Positions 25,901 through 31,631 of a stretch of DNA of 32,363 nucleotides are shown here, piece by piece. The number at the start of each line of letters is the position of its first letter. Positions within the stretch are counted from its first letter, which is position 1. Position numbers and translations under genes: made by a program. Origin of the DNA: a virus (Duplodnaviria; Caudoviricetes); IMG/VR virus record IMGVR_UViG_3300011114_000952, positions 1 to 32,363 of that record. One strand, given 5' to 3'. The notes below the pieces were generated by a model. It was not told where the DNA came from and did not search any database. It worked only from the letters and a program-made list of their open reading frames with translations.

Positions 25901-28816
25901 GGTCATCCAGCCGTGTTTGGCGTTATAGACCTTTACCTTATCGGCTAGGCGCACAACATCGGATTTGGTTGGCGAGTCGAATACATGCGTGATCTGCTCG
26001 CCGTCATCGCCCAATTCGGACTGCTTGGCCTCGTCAAAGACCTCGCCAATCTCCTTTGTCTCTCCAGGGCTGGCGCCGACAGCCTCGGCATCCTTGAAGT
26101 CGCCAGCATCGCGCAATATCTTTGGGTCAGCGTCCGATTGTGGCTTATCCACAGTTTCGACCTTGGCATCTGCCTGAACCATTGCCGCATCAATGATCTC
26201 GTCAATGACTTCCGCCAGGGGGCGCTGTTGCCGCTCCAGATAGCGGACTGCGTTTCTCAGTTCAGCAAGTGCCAAGTCTGCATTTCCGGCCGTAATGGCG
26301 CGCATGGCCTCCCGGATCCCCGCTTTACCTTCCGGTCCCGCCACGTCCTCGACTTGGTTCAGGCGCCCAATGTCCAGCTTTCCAAGGTCGAATACCCCAA
26401 CCGGGGCAGCCGGGATCGTATCCAGCGGTTTCGCGCCAAGCGCCTTGATCGGCCCGCCTGTCGGACCTGTCTTCGCCGTGTCCTCGGCCCACTTCTTGAA
26501 CAGCGTCGTCGGCATCGGGACGAGAGAATGAATGTTCTTTTCCCAGCCTGCGGTATAGTTCTCCAGGTACGCGGCGCGCGCCTCGGCCTGCGAGTCAAAG
26601 CCGATCATGGCCTTGTGTTCGTCAAACCCGCCCTTGTCCTTGTTCTGGTTGACGACGTAGACCGTCCCCTTCCAGTTCTCGGGTGTTTCGGTCTTCACGA
26701 ATACGTCTACATGGTCCTTGTCGTATCCGATGGTCCCTTTCAGGTAGCCGTAATGGTGCGCAAGGGTGGGCCATTCCGGCCGGCGCTTGGATCCGGCCGG
26801 GTTCTCAATGGAAATATCCATCCCGCCGACATTGATGTGCCCCTTGGCGTAGTTTCCGGCTTTCTTCTGTGCCTCAGTCGGTTGCGGGGTGTCGTTGAGT
26901 GGGCTGGTGGCGGCGGTATGGGCCGCTTCATCAATCGGGGTCGCAGGCTGACCTTGCGGGTTATACAGCGCCTTGGCTTCTTCCAGTGACTTCGCAGGGA
27001 CGCCTGAAACCGACACATACTTCCCATTAGTCATCAACAGCGGATCAAAAACGCCATCGGGGTATCCGACAATAAATTTGTTGCCACTTGAGTAATAAGT
27101 CCTGTCTCGCCCTTTGCTGTCTCGCCATGACTCCCAAACTTCTGGCGCGGGTCTTGGTGTTACTTCAGGCGTTTGCCCTGGCGTAACAGGCGTAACAGGC
27201 GTAACAGCATCGTTAGCGGCCGGCGAACCCTTCCCCGTCAGCGCCGCCTCGAAGTCATCAATGGAACTATCTTGACCAACGGCGACCGGATCAAATCCGG
27301 GGATCTCCGTGTCATTGTCATGGGTGACTTGCGCATCAACCGCCTGCATTGCCTCGCGGTGCAGCCTGTCTTCCTCGTCTCGCTGTAGCCCGTCATGGCG
27401 AGCCATCGCGGACCCAATCAAGCCGCCCGCGGCATCCTCATTGAGCAACCGCTCATAAGATGGGCTGGGGCCGGCCAGGGCGTCACCTGGGACGATAGCG
27501 CCGATGGGGGCTGCTGTCGGCGTTGGGGGGGCTGCTGTCGGCGTTGGGGGGGTTACGGTGGGCGTTGGGGGGGTTACGGTGGGCGCTCGCGTCGCTATGG
27601 GCGCTGCGGCCTCTGCTGCGGCCTGATTGACCGCATCATCCACTGTTGGCGCGTTGTTGATGGCCTCTACCGCGCGCGCGTTCGTCAGGTCGCTATTGAA
27701 TTCCTCGGGGTTGCGCGGACGGGTCATCGCCCCGCCAGCCCCGCCCATGACAATCCCGCCAAGGGCCCCTAAAGCGCCCGCGTTCAGTGCTTGACGCTGC
27801 GCCTCCGGAGACTGGTCCCACGGGAGAATATTGGCCTCGCTCCCCTTGCCCCATTCCTCGGCGCCGGTCTGGAGATATTCCGTACCGCCTTCAATTGGCA
27901 TCGCCATTGCCCCGGACACCAGCCCTCTGGAGGCGCGGCCCGGAAGCCCCGTCATGCTGCCGATCGTTTTCCCAACCGGCAGCTTGCCCAGCATCGCGCC
28001 CAGCCCGAGCGCATCCCCGGCAAACTCAAGGGAGCCCGCCATCATGGTGGCGCTGAACGCCTTGAGTAGTTCAGATCCGGATAGGGCGGTTCCGCGTTCG
28101 GCTGACTTCTGCGCAAGATCGCCGCCAATCTCGCCGCCTTCCATCCCGAAAGCCTGCACGCCGGTCGCCCCGAGCGCCCCGGCTTGGGCCGCAAGATTGG
28201 ACACGGCCGCTTTGCGCACAGCCTCGCTCGCCGTCAATGTGGCAATTTGCTCTACGGTGAGCGCCGCCCCGTCCTTGGCTGCTTGCGCGGCAACGATCTT
28301 CCCGGCCTCTTTGGCCACCAGTCCGCCCGCCAGCTTCTCAACCGCGGGACGAAGCGCCATCTTGCCGGCAAGGGCCCCGACGCCGGCCGTCCCGAGCATC
28401 TGCAATCCCTGGCCGATCGTGTACCCGACGCCGTACTGGAGCCAATCCACCAGGGCGCCGTAGTCGCCTTGCCTTGCGCGATCAAGGGAAACATCGAATT
28501 CGTCGGTTTCCTTGGATCCCGCTTGGATCTTGTCGCCCCATTCTTTATAGCCCTTGACGGCCCAGTTCTTCGCCGCGGTCGCCATCCCGCCCTCGCCGGC
28601 AGCAGTCTCCATCGCGGAGGATGCAATCGCGGCCAGCCCATAGCCTAATTCGGGGAGTTGCTGGAATGCGGCTTTAAGCCCGCGAGCGGTGTCGCCCGAT
28701 TGGTTGGGGTCTGATGGCTTAGGGACCGGCGTAGCGAACTGGTCAAAATAGTTTGCGGATTTTGGAGCCCCGTTTGCGGGCTTGGTGGCGAATTGGTCGA
28801 AATAATTACCGGCCAT
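10904..28816 (-). CDS. Giant 5970-aa polyvalent (DarB-like) virion-ejected protein
   Basis: Single ORF. Approximate modules: NYFDQF x2 plus Gly/Ala-rich N-terminus; InPase 26480-26930; C5-MTase 25170-25825; L,D-transpeptidase 23735-24250; zincin + LPD1 21590-22540; DarA_C-like 21275-21410; N6A-MTase 20085-20900; SF2 helicase 16700-18545; zincin 15100-15680; ART-PolyVal 14585-15020; zincin 13840-14300; PLxRFG-type/LPD C-terminus 10904-12900. Confidence 0.93.
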   Translation of the reverse strand: MAGNYFDQFATKPANGAPKSANYFDQFATPVPKPSDPNQSGDTARGLKAAFQQLPELGYGLAAIASSAMETAAGEGGMATAAKNWAVKGYKEWGDKIQAGSKETDEFDVSLDRARQGDYGALVDWLQYGVGYTIGQGLQMLGTAGVGALAGKMALRPAVEKLAGGLVAKEAGKIVAAQAAKDGAALTVEQIATLTASEAVRKAAVSNLAAQAGALGATGVQAFGMEGGEIGGDLAQKSAERGTALSGSELLKAFSATMMAGSLEFAGDALGLGAMLGKLPVGKTIGSMTGLPGRASRGLVSGAMAMPIEGGTEYLQTGAEEWGKGSEANILPWDQSPEAQRQALNAGALGALGGIVMGGAGGAMTRPRNPEEFNSDLTNARAVEAINNAPTVDDAVNQAAAEAAAPIATRAPTVTPPTPTVTPPTPTAAPPTPTAAPIGAIVPGDALAGPSPSYERLLNEDAAGGLIGSAMARHDGLQRDEEDRLHREAMQAVDAQVTHDNDTEIPGFDPVAVGQDSSIDDFEAALTGKGSPAANDAVTPVTPVTPGQTPEVTPRPAPEVWESWRDSKGRDRTYYSSGNKFIVGYPDGVFDPLLMTNGKYVSVSGVPAKSLEEAKALYNPQGQPATPIDEAAHTAATSPLNDTPQPTEAQKKAGNYAKGHINVGGMDISIENPAGSKRRPEWPTLAHHYGYLKGTIGYDKDHVDVFVKTETPENWKGTVYVVNQNKDKGGFDEHKAMIGFDSQAEARAAYLENYTAGWEKNIHSLVPMPTTLFKKWAEDTAKTGPTGGPIKALGAKPLDTIPAAPVGVFDLGKLDIGRLNQVEDVAGPEGKAGIREAMRAITAGNADLALAELRNAVRYLERQQRPLAEVIDEIIDAAMVQADAKVETVDKPQSDADPKILRDAGDFKDAEAVGASPGETKEIGEVFDEAKQSELGDDGEQITHVFDSPTKSDVVRLADKVKVYNAKHGWMTVEQAKAKIEDWEDHAIKQVKSGLNSDKVVLSLFDLTGGWSRPWEQAGYDVYRFDIQGDIKPGEPEYVPPESPDYFPGINGTGDVTNFSTEFFNDLFGSFDGKDIHAILAAVPCTDFAVSGARHFAVKDADGRTRDSVELVGITLATIEFFKPAIWAIENPVGRIEKLGNLPPWRLSFDPNHMGDPYTKKTILWGRFNADLPIVPVEPTEGSKMWAKYGGKSLATKNARSATPEGFAYSFFMANNAIDNPVLAIHGKYDRLDRGLIEKAVGVGVTAKQIDEAVEDFYYQELDDDAANQAIRDLMTPPTKPIAEKPLAEKRAQDLTEAEAEEKKVAEPKDSEVAPVAAADAATVSADDFEVRIQRAQAKIDAAANKSAVDALLSGRAGKLPDQGRVKGASKIAREGAGHAITGVSKAMGRLEALFGVNDAPGSAPISVKSSEALAQDTALPVAAELDKALDATDKADAAEALGHDAWTPEAAQTFLEHYADWLAAGARDLGTRLGEIFHKVLASVRAGLLSIMVAISPMSQQITEVTVPVTKTAYTLTIKHPTADFKGVAAGVDAKIVADWVVRKSEAKGKPFVVVDKNAGLLYVMDTKGALVAKAPVLTGAALGDRLTPEQADLPIDKVTQADKITPAGRFDGSVVTSPEYGPVVKFAEYAKTQLSIHRVYLGAAFENRLGRLLSETGADNRVSYGCLNALPEFVSQVLVPTFRDGGVVYILPAQQSAASFFAIPDDAITTQTVTGQEANLTWGADKYSGALGMQGGTPALRRRGNKAREDFDEDTWAKANPLLKEAYAEFVAAGKPLDEFIEHVLTVLSSAVKPYLKRWHEELNKPESSTQTAATVEPTPVAPKDEATVEPKVKPKVKPPTKPPEPKIEKMQDTGEKMFGKRADNFTKTIREADTGNKKKDLKKILDNTSKSTLWEIKLADGSTPGTKVFLERVRDSIKSFLQYAGEKAGGGRASYRYSFAVALERYIDRTPENKAEVEKMAGQYMATMEELRNITQNAMTVEQARAALEAALVDKVFAEDQVVKEGLKRSDADFHESGFTQVNGKQEATRLYGWNTDFGKNLAQYLTRAASLTTLHSAKFGLATEVKDETERSRSKPLIRPQLEAVNREGMKDHRNGRNIGAQDFIDTFGFRGVEFGNWVEAAKRPQDVNQSFDALHDLADTMGIDPKGISLGGKLGLAFGSRGHGRAAAHYESGNVVINLTKTKGDGTVAHEWGHAFDYALRRAGGADTTLTVVPHPDGNGYALQRYGGELVSAVHNGEDVPKQWKTERDAKKYGIPAHTVESNSKTKAALRDLVNALKKTYDTEKAIATVDNLLMGNSYVKGRRASNRLEQARDFITGRYWNNPGWGVINETQFKKDADKLGKEYWGNDEELWARSWEAFIYDAMAGESPYLVTSWVADKHVTTENGYKGSPYPIGDERARFSTYFRHLLGNIEWTETGPMIKEGYVSVAVAHIKDMEAALDALLPTLEERLAQLQTGEAKSDGLFWYRSFVKRGVGAQPKGYFAFDDTLYALGYPEGLDPEELRVFGLKAMSPSWQPGENAVYLKKETTDGTSSGNNTIRGDGTETLGDIPPDDGGPSERTPRLPGSDTERPGTVQGDDRLSGEQTGQRSGERTGSGTGEVHPPAERSGTTDLGSGQDAIRPTGTNYRITAADHLGEGSIEVKFNDNIAAIKTLKLVESENRLATPEEQKILVRYVGWGGMPQAFNYAEQAGWKERTKELASLLTETEYDAARASTTNAHYTAEAVVKAIWSGVAHLGFTGGRVLEPGVGTGNFLGLMPEELMLASKLTGIELDTLTARIAKQLYQQANILNKGYQDAMFPKGFFDLVISNVPFSNTDHPVDKIYNKERLNLHDYYFHKSIELTRPGGLIAFITSKGTLDKMDTKARKLFAERADFIGAVRLPQDAFAQNAGTVVTTDIIFFRRKVGGLEYPNAQPWINTEAFDLPGIDGGTTPMAINEYFGTAIGADGLLGRLVARRGRYGYETESALESDGRDLGEAINTALMNLPANVMVETARVTELEHDALLIPLEGEAKDGGYAQKEGKLYRREGDMMAPVAELSKVEISRGQIIRSSLKVRDSIRRLLRNRVQNEPESVIKEAKLAIEAAYKAFVKKHGFLNAQANVEAFSEDPDAALLLALEKWNPETAKGARIEIDFHLRAPIEHTDNVKDALTVSLGERGRVDWGTITRLTGMSEALAKAELKGIVYDDPQQGWVTAEEYLSGNVREKLLIAKAAAEADTDFAPNVAALEASLPTDLPPSKISARPGAPWIPGEDVAHFMGDMLNTQRRITVHFIPEIGKWTIAAGMGRSDARDKQSYKSLGSGTEARVTWGTPQVPFPDLMDYALNGGFPVVYDPPDRDGKKEVNRKETASANSKLSEIKERFAKWIWEDDARAVRLARKYNDEMNGVRLRTYAYPASADQIEPNGNIRLPGMAVGMSLRPHQAAAVWRTVQAGNTYYAHEVGTGKTFTMVATVMEEKRLGLAKKPMMVVLLSTLPQIQAEFLRLYPGANILTMEIKQNAIERKRQLARIALSDWDAVIVTHDSFSRIPMSEESIRANFQREIDNLSNAILAAKGENMTARVVKELEKAKKALDNRMKRELDKRAKDDLMPFEQLGVDRIYIDEAQKFKNLMFATRMGRQMRGLQPEGSGRAFDLFMKTNWLNDTQGRGVVLSSGTPISNSVGELFSISRFLQPSELRKRGLQMFDPWANTFGDIGQVIEYLPEGGGYQMVTKFNKFVNIPELMQMVYSVLDPVSADSAGIQRPAIAGGKQEAVLVPQNEGVADYMTKIQERAATIRKNGKQALPDNMLAVVGDGRKAAMDMRLVNPSSPDYEHTKTNAAVDKIMTIYKREAKDRGTQLVFADLGVPHPGKFSIYTDLKAKLIKRGIPADEIAFIHDAKDARERQALFARVNAGKVRVFIGSTEKAGTGVNVQERVAAIHNLDTHWNLANLLQRLGRGQRQGNIYKELAVYNYATERTVDAFMWDKVQAKGRFVDQIMSGDVSLREAEDISQDTMSAAEMVAVASGDPMIAEKVELEATVQKLSLQSAAFEDTRHSVRIEAARTPERIAGLTKTMETIRVEADGFDTVNRIILGKTTYVIEDDKTREAMNKALHDLTMDNRARVDKIEKEYESLKSAGKKKQAEALRTGSSAREIIGSLSGEKVSYPLYARSGLGGDYVVVRTAAGDEEWGADLTAGRGLSYVRKNLEFSYRKASDEVDVLREELPKLTAEAAKTFGRQDELDTKRARLQAIETVLLKREEPEAPNLDELKDKYRFTASRDGTANVVSQFEDITFEEFPEIAFFISESPDGRWVITHTASGLQAVSADSKEQAIANAKSTFDGRLDVIKEKLDNAPVITDEQKVAALVKSGVEDGPSVYSVTEAAVPAEDQLSVAAITQIVEDRLQEFVHQPPVLIRDSVTDIPAHSADNAGVAGGMVRDGKIHLFRDGLTDSADVVRVLWHELLHYGLRRFLTKEQYIAKLGALYQNDKWIRDTADAWLATDEGEAVQGDKGYRIARGVDEALAKLAETSQGEYRNNGLLAKAIRTVSRWVANLADRLGFSEAAAKWRGATNDEARALIRATFTRLREDAAPTSDAWGFTADAAFSRRGGQTETPEFKKWFGGSRVVDAVGNPLVVYHGTTANIRSAFSAKKSSIKNAIFFTDSTEAANNYAAGHGAEYHTGANVVPVFLRMGNPLVLDFDGAGDNDLLYEVEAAQEEGYDGLIVNNAFDGKTHATQYIVFSPTQIKSAIGNNGNYNGAKGSMVEQINSPDFVSREEAEQMAVGEPRHPVRVTDRLIKLAKSDLSPEELKDQLGRLIFDLDARKYAKPTKPRSRGYEWVKERLTREARWGGIDSAQARLAMWLLDQNPDIANDLGLSIRQAKDGESGTAANYNPASRIASIIKGRGDEETIAHEILHHTERMMPEDIQIGIRQEWARQLGATLDGAIRTGNDDLAKMVHEAIKAAAGDNQAHKLITKAINNGELPHDFYQFINPSEFWAVNASRLIKERAGAGWVGRAAQWLRGLMEQIKSAFGLPSDAAVLRGLRAVLRSDGEAINGMLGAGDKFNAPPIAGSNTTGGFEDSITSQTTAFIRDMLHSDAKMGWWSRSIGTQAHKALTHRLFRRVYDEGQAFLSDVSKFANEAADAASDLLPRIEGLKDFWKKTPTKDEIARVTKAVYVGTLYGGGKPMEGRKFTNDELRAGRSEDSVVEEFTPLNDREISLYHQAMNAMAISLDSMAKSLIHKLARVHEIGFDRNASLQDAATSVMEAADEAIAELEDELEGLIDDKAAKSLNAAIVELRTLKTQVSDIELKTQTMKDKGYFPAMRFGQYFIHVIEDVNGRKVQRHFGLYESQTQANLAARELAKEYHGATLDRGMISKEKYKLFQGVNLDTIEAFADYITGENGQPLSKDPIVQGFLKAAASERGILKHRIHRKGAAGYSVDLPRVLASFVVSNARATSSNYHASEMTKLAQAIPDGDEQDEAVKLVRYLQDPVEEAQALRGFMFAQFLGGSIAHGIVNMTQPFMVTVPYLTQHTSATDAARKIGEAMKTKPESLTGRIKADFERAKKDGVVAPQEIHQLRAETGGMPLGRSLLARKASFLWGSIYSITEQFNRSTTFIAAYRVAEEKGMSDPYAFASNAVNETQFVYNKGNRPNWARGPVGATVFTFKQFSISYLELAKRMYDHKGPDGRPNRKAFYLMVLMLLAASGAEGAPFSEDIEDLIDTIGQWMGYATNSKKSLRKLVTAALGPDLAPIALHGVSGLSWMPVDISVRMGMQNLIPGTSLLKPSEKNKARDVLDIIGPVGQLVPAEGTMMGRTIERLSKGDLFGAVQAGAPVAVQNVLKGAVMLDKGYATDSSGKKITDVTATESVLKMVGLQPASVARESSKMQVLRQDVDIHRRTESEIADKWARGIVDKDPEEVQAARRQLADWNRDNPELRIQIQMSQIARRAKEMRTPRDARFIKAAPREIRGVVREGMR
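20911..21210 (-). CDS. Nested +1-frame gene, TnpV-like helical protein (99 aa)
   Basis: AAGGAG at 21223-21218 is 7 nt before ATG 21210. The product is globular-looking (RFGAMAQKHW..YRPTM..HL...AREAALAKFILLP), while the host frame here is a G/S/R/E/T-rich linker. Confidence 0.72.
   Translation of the reverse strand: MVQVVGITRFGAMAQKHWGIYRPTMVAHLKEHHVYRAAILNAQEQCKAMIGYQVSKLGNDLESAREAALAKFILLPSEAEQPILEVGRMPFDQPEPTIV
27506..27585. repeat. 21-bp tandem repeats with G7 tracts (Pro/Thr linker of the giant protein)
   Basis: About four units encoding PTVTPPT/PTAAPPT; G7 runs at 27525, 27546 and 27567. Confidence 0.9.
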
Positions 28817-30032
28817 TTAAGTTCTCGATTGCTGAATTGAGTTCAATCAATCGTTGGCGTTGGCCTGGTGTCGCTGGCGTTCGTATGGTTTTTGAATCAA
28901 TCTGCGACTTCAGGCGATCGCGCTCTGCTATTAGAGAACTGATGCGATTGGATAACGCAACACTCCCCCCTGTCGGCGTTCCGGTGGCTGGGGATGGTGG
29001 GGCGACGGTAGTTGCTGGTTTGGTGGCTTGCTCGGCTGGCGCTGGCGGCACTGGCGCCGCGCTCTTTAAGAACGGCCCTGATGATCCAGCACCAAATGCC
29101 TTTTCAAATTCCGCGGCCTTATTCGGGTTTGCTTTGAGCGCCGCTATTTGTGCCGCGTTAGGCACGGGCACTGGTGCGGCTACTGGAATTTCATTAGCAA
29201 CTATCCCCCCCTTCGCGTATAGCACCGCATAAGCAGGCGCAACCATGCGGTCTTTAGCAATACCGGCCTGTCGGAACGTCTCGTTTGCTACATCTGGCGA
29301 TGTGTTATTGGCCGCAGCGTCAAGCAAAGCCGTTTTATGTTCGGCTTGGGCGATCTTGTAATCCGAATTGGCCATGTTGATAACAGCAGTGGCGGCTTTG
29401 AGTTCTTCGGGGTCTTTGCGGATAACATCCTTGCCATCGACGCCCTTCAAGTTACCACGGGTTGCCCCGGAATGGGTATCAAATGTAGTGACCGTTCCAT
29501 CGGAATTGGGGATTAGAGTCCAGTTCGGGTCAACAATGTGCGTTGATTGCGCAATGGCGCGGCCACGTTTCAGCATATCTGGCGTTGACATGGCTGTTAC
29601 TTCCGCCGTTTTTGCATCAAGAGCCGCTTTGCGCTTTACCGGATCCAGCGCCATGAAACGATCTAGTTCAATTTTCGTTTCTGTTCTCCCTATTGCCTCT
29701 GCATCTGCGGTGCGCGCCGCAAGAGTTCCTGCGAGCGTCTGATTGGTCGCTTTTATCTTGGCGTTGACTTGGTCAGGGGATGAGTCAAAAGTGGCATTGG
29801 CCTGGTGCGTTGATTGATCCGCCGTGGCACGCAGTCCAACCAGCTTTTCCTCCCCCGCCTGCCTGAGATTCTGAATCGACGTAGCTAACTCCAGATCAGA
29901 AGCCGCCTTCATCTTCTGCAAATCCTCGTCCCCGAATTGCTTTTGCAGTTGAATCCCAGCCTTCACGCCAGCCTCGCCTGCGCCAGCCATACCGCCCGCG
30001 ATCGCGGTGCCGACTAACCCAAGGCCGGCCAT
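28806..30032 (-). CDS. Putative internal virion / DNA ejection protein
   Basis: Gly/Ala-rich N-terminus, helical body; position in a podovirus-like ejection cluster directly upstream of the giant protein. Confidence 0.7.
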   Translation of the reverse strand: MAGLGLVGTAIAGGMAGAGEAGVKAGIQLQKQFGDEDLQKMKAASDLELATSIQNLRQAGEEKLVGLRATADQSTHQANATFDSSPDQVNAKIKATNQTLAGTLAARTADAEAIGRTETKIELDRFMALDPVKRKAALDAKTAEVTAMSTPDMLKRGRAIAQSTHIVDPNWTLIPNSDGTVTTFDTHSGATRGNLKGVDGKDVIRKDPEELKAATAVINMANSDYKIAQAEHKTALLDAAANNTSPDVANETFRQAGIAKDRMVAPAYAVLYAKGGIVANEIPVAAPVPVPNAAQIAALKANPNKAAEFEKAFGAGSSGPFLKSAAPVPPAPAEQATKPATTVAPPSPATGTPTGGSVALSNRISSLIAERDRLKSQIDSKTIRTPATPGQRQRLIELNSAIENLNGR

Positions 30033-30033
30033 G

Positions 30034-30477
30034 TTATATCGCTCCCATCGGGGGCTGCGGTGTTCCTTGTGGAGCCTGCGGAGCGGCCGGCGCCTGTGTG
30101 GCTTGCGGCGCGGTCGCGGGTTTTGTCTTCGTCAATTGCACGAACAGTTGCACGGCCATGATGGTTGCTCGCCTGATAATGTCAGGGGATGCCTTGAATA
30201 GCCCCCCCGCCTCTCCAATGCGAGCAAGATCAGCCATAATCTCTTTGCCGGCCGGCCCTAGCGCCTGCATCGGGATCGCCCCTTGGGATTTGTCGTAAAT
30301 CTGTTTCAGCACGAACAGCGTGGCCTGTGCCAGCGCCTTTACCGGGTCATTAACCTCGCGCATCATCGAAAGAATCTGCGATCCGAACTGCGCCAGTATT
30401 TTCTTGGCTGCAATCACCACGCGATCAACGTCATCTTGCTTAACTGCTGTGCGTGCTTGAGCGATCAATCCGGCCAT
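30034..30477 (-). CDS. Hypothetical virion-module protein
   Basis: SD GAGG; helical 147-aa ORF with a Pro/Gln tail, tightly packed in the operon. Confidence 0.7.
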   Translation of the reverse strand: MAGLIAQARTAVKQDDVDRVVIAAKKILAQFGSQILSMMREVNDPVKALAQATLFVLKQIYDKSQGAIPMQALGPAGKEIMADLARIGEAGGLFKASPDIIRRATIMAVQLFVQLTKTKPATAPQATQAPAAPQAPQGTPQPPMGAI

Positions 30478-30487
30478 AATTATTCCT

Positions 30488-31285
30488 CTATGGGGTCATT
30501 GCATTGTTGATGAGGCCAGAACCAGGGACATAAACCGGAGTCCCATCGGCGCGATATAAGGTCTGCCCGCCAGCTTTGGGGGATACGCCGAGCTTTCCCT
30601 TGAACGAATTGGCTGATGCTTGCGCCGTTGTTCCTTGCTGCAAAGCCAGTTGCTCTCTCGTTCGCTGTGATAGCAGGTCTTTATCGGCGGCAATCTTCTT
30701 GTCGGCTGTAGATTGATTGAGCAATCCCGCTCCAATGCCCCCAACGGCCCCAGCCACTTGCGTACCCGCCACTGTGGCAAGAGTAGGATTGGCTTTTGCC
30801 CACGTTTCCGCGGTTTCCCAAAAGCCATTACCCTGCTTGGCTGCGTTCATGGCGCTTACTTCGGCTTGTGACCCAGCCACGGGCGCTGCCCCCACTTCCA
30901 TATCAGCGGCAGCTTGAATTTCGGCCGCAGTCAGTCCGCTCGTCTTGCCGCCTTGTAATACCGCTTGGGCGGGAGTGAGCGACCTACTGACAATCCCCTC
31001 ATTGACCATATTGGAGCCCGCGCTGGCCACTTCAGGGGTAACGGCTGCCGCGGTAGCCCCGGCGTCGGCCGCGGTCGCGCCAGCACCGGCCAACATATCA
31101 GCGCCCTCAAATCCTCCCGCTAGAGCCTGCCCCAACGCGCCGCTCAGTCCATCAGCGGCCCCAAGCGCAAGCGCCCCACCCGCTACGGCAGCCCCCTCAG
31201 TCATCAAGGCCCCCATCGCGGCGTCGGCCGCAACTTCTGCGGCGAACCACTCCTCCGCAACAAATACCGCCGTTTCTGCGCCCAT
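30488..31285 (-). CDS. Putative DNA ejection/transfer protein (Gly/Ala-rich)
   Basis: Low-complexity Gly/Ala hydrophobic segments; follows a GNAT-like gene, as P22 gp7 and T7 gp14 do. Confidence 0.7.
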   Translation of the reverse strand: MGAETAVFVAEEWFAAEVAADAAMGALMTEGAAVAGGALALGAADGLSGALGQALAGGFEGADMLAGAGATAADAGATAAAVTPEVASAGSNMVNEGIVSRSLTPAQAVLQGGKTSGLTAAEIQAAADMEVGAAPVAGSQAEVSAMNAAKQGNGFWETAETWAKANPTLATVAGTQVAGAVGGIGAGLLNQSTADKKIAADKDLLSQRTREQLALQQGTTAQASANSFKGKLGVSPKAGGQTLYRADGTPVYVPGSGLINNAMTP

Positions 31286-31286
31286 A

Positions 31287-31631
31287 TCAAGACCTCGTTG
31301 GTTGTGTCATTAAAATCAATCCATCCCGGCGAGTCAGTTCAGAAAACCCCATCTTGATCTGCCATCGCAATAGCAATGAATCGCCTTCGGGGATCAGGAC
31401 GTACACTCGTTTGTAACCACAACGGGATAACTCACTACGGATATCGGTCATTCCTGCAAGACAAGCCCGTAGGATGGATGCACTCCATTGGCGCAGCGTC
31501 AAATGCAGGAATGGGCGCCCAAGGAAAATCTCTATCTGGAAGCGCCCGCGCTCATCATCTACGATCGTCAGTCGTTGGTCTGACGAAACCCGATCAGCCG
31601 AGATTGCGGCCATCGGGACTACCGAAAGCAT
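31287..31631 (-). CDS. GNAT-like small protein (T7 gp13 / P22 gp14 position), 114 aa
   Basis: The true start is probably ATG 31631 (TAATG overlap), not 32132; GYKRVYVLIP......LRW..KMGF resembles the GNAT C-terminus. Confidence 0.65.
   Translation of the reverse strand: MLSVVPMAAISADRVSSDQRLTIVDDERGRFQIEIFLGRPFLHLTLRQWSASILRACLAGMTDIRSELSRCGYKRVYVLIPEGDSLLLRWQIKMGFSELTRRDGLILMTQPTRS

Noticed and set aside
11370-28641. Other same-strand alternative-frame ORFs in the giant gene (e.g. 25945-26205, 23446-23793, 14758-15087)
   Set aside because: Arg/Ser/Pro-rich off-frame composition, no good SD, and they overlap well-formed domains, unlike 20911-21210.
11912-28648. Many long plus-strand ORFs antisense to the giant gene (e.g. 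25985-26989, 21503-22393, 24806-25609)
   Set aside because: These are shadow ORFs expected from GC-rich codon bias; they show no SD, motifs or protein-like composition.
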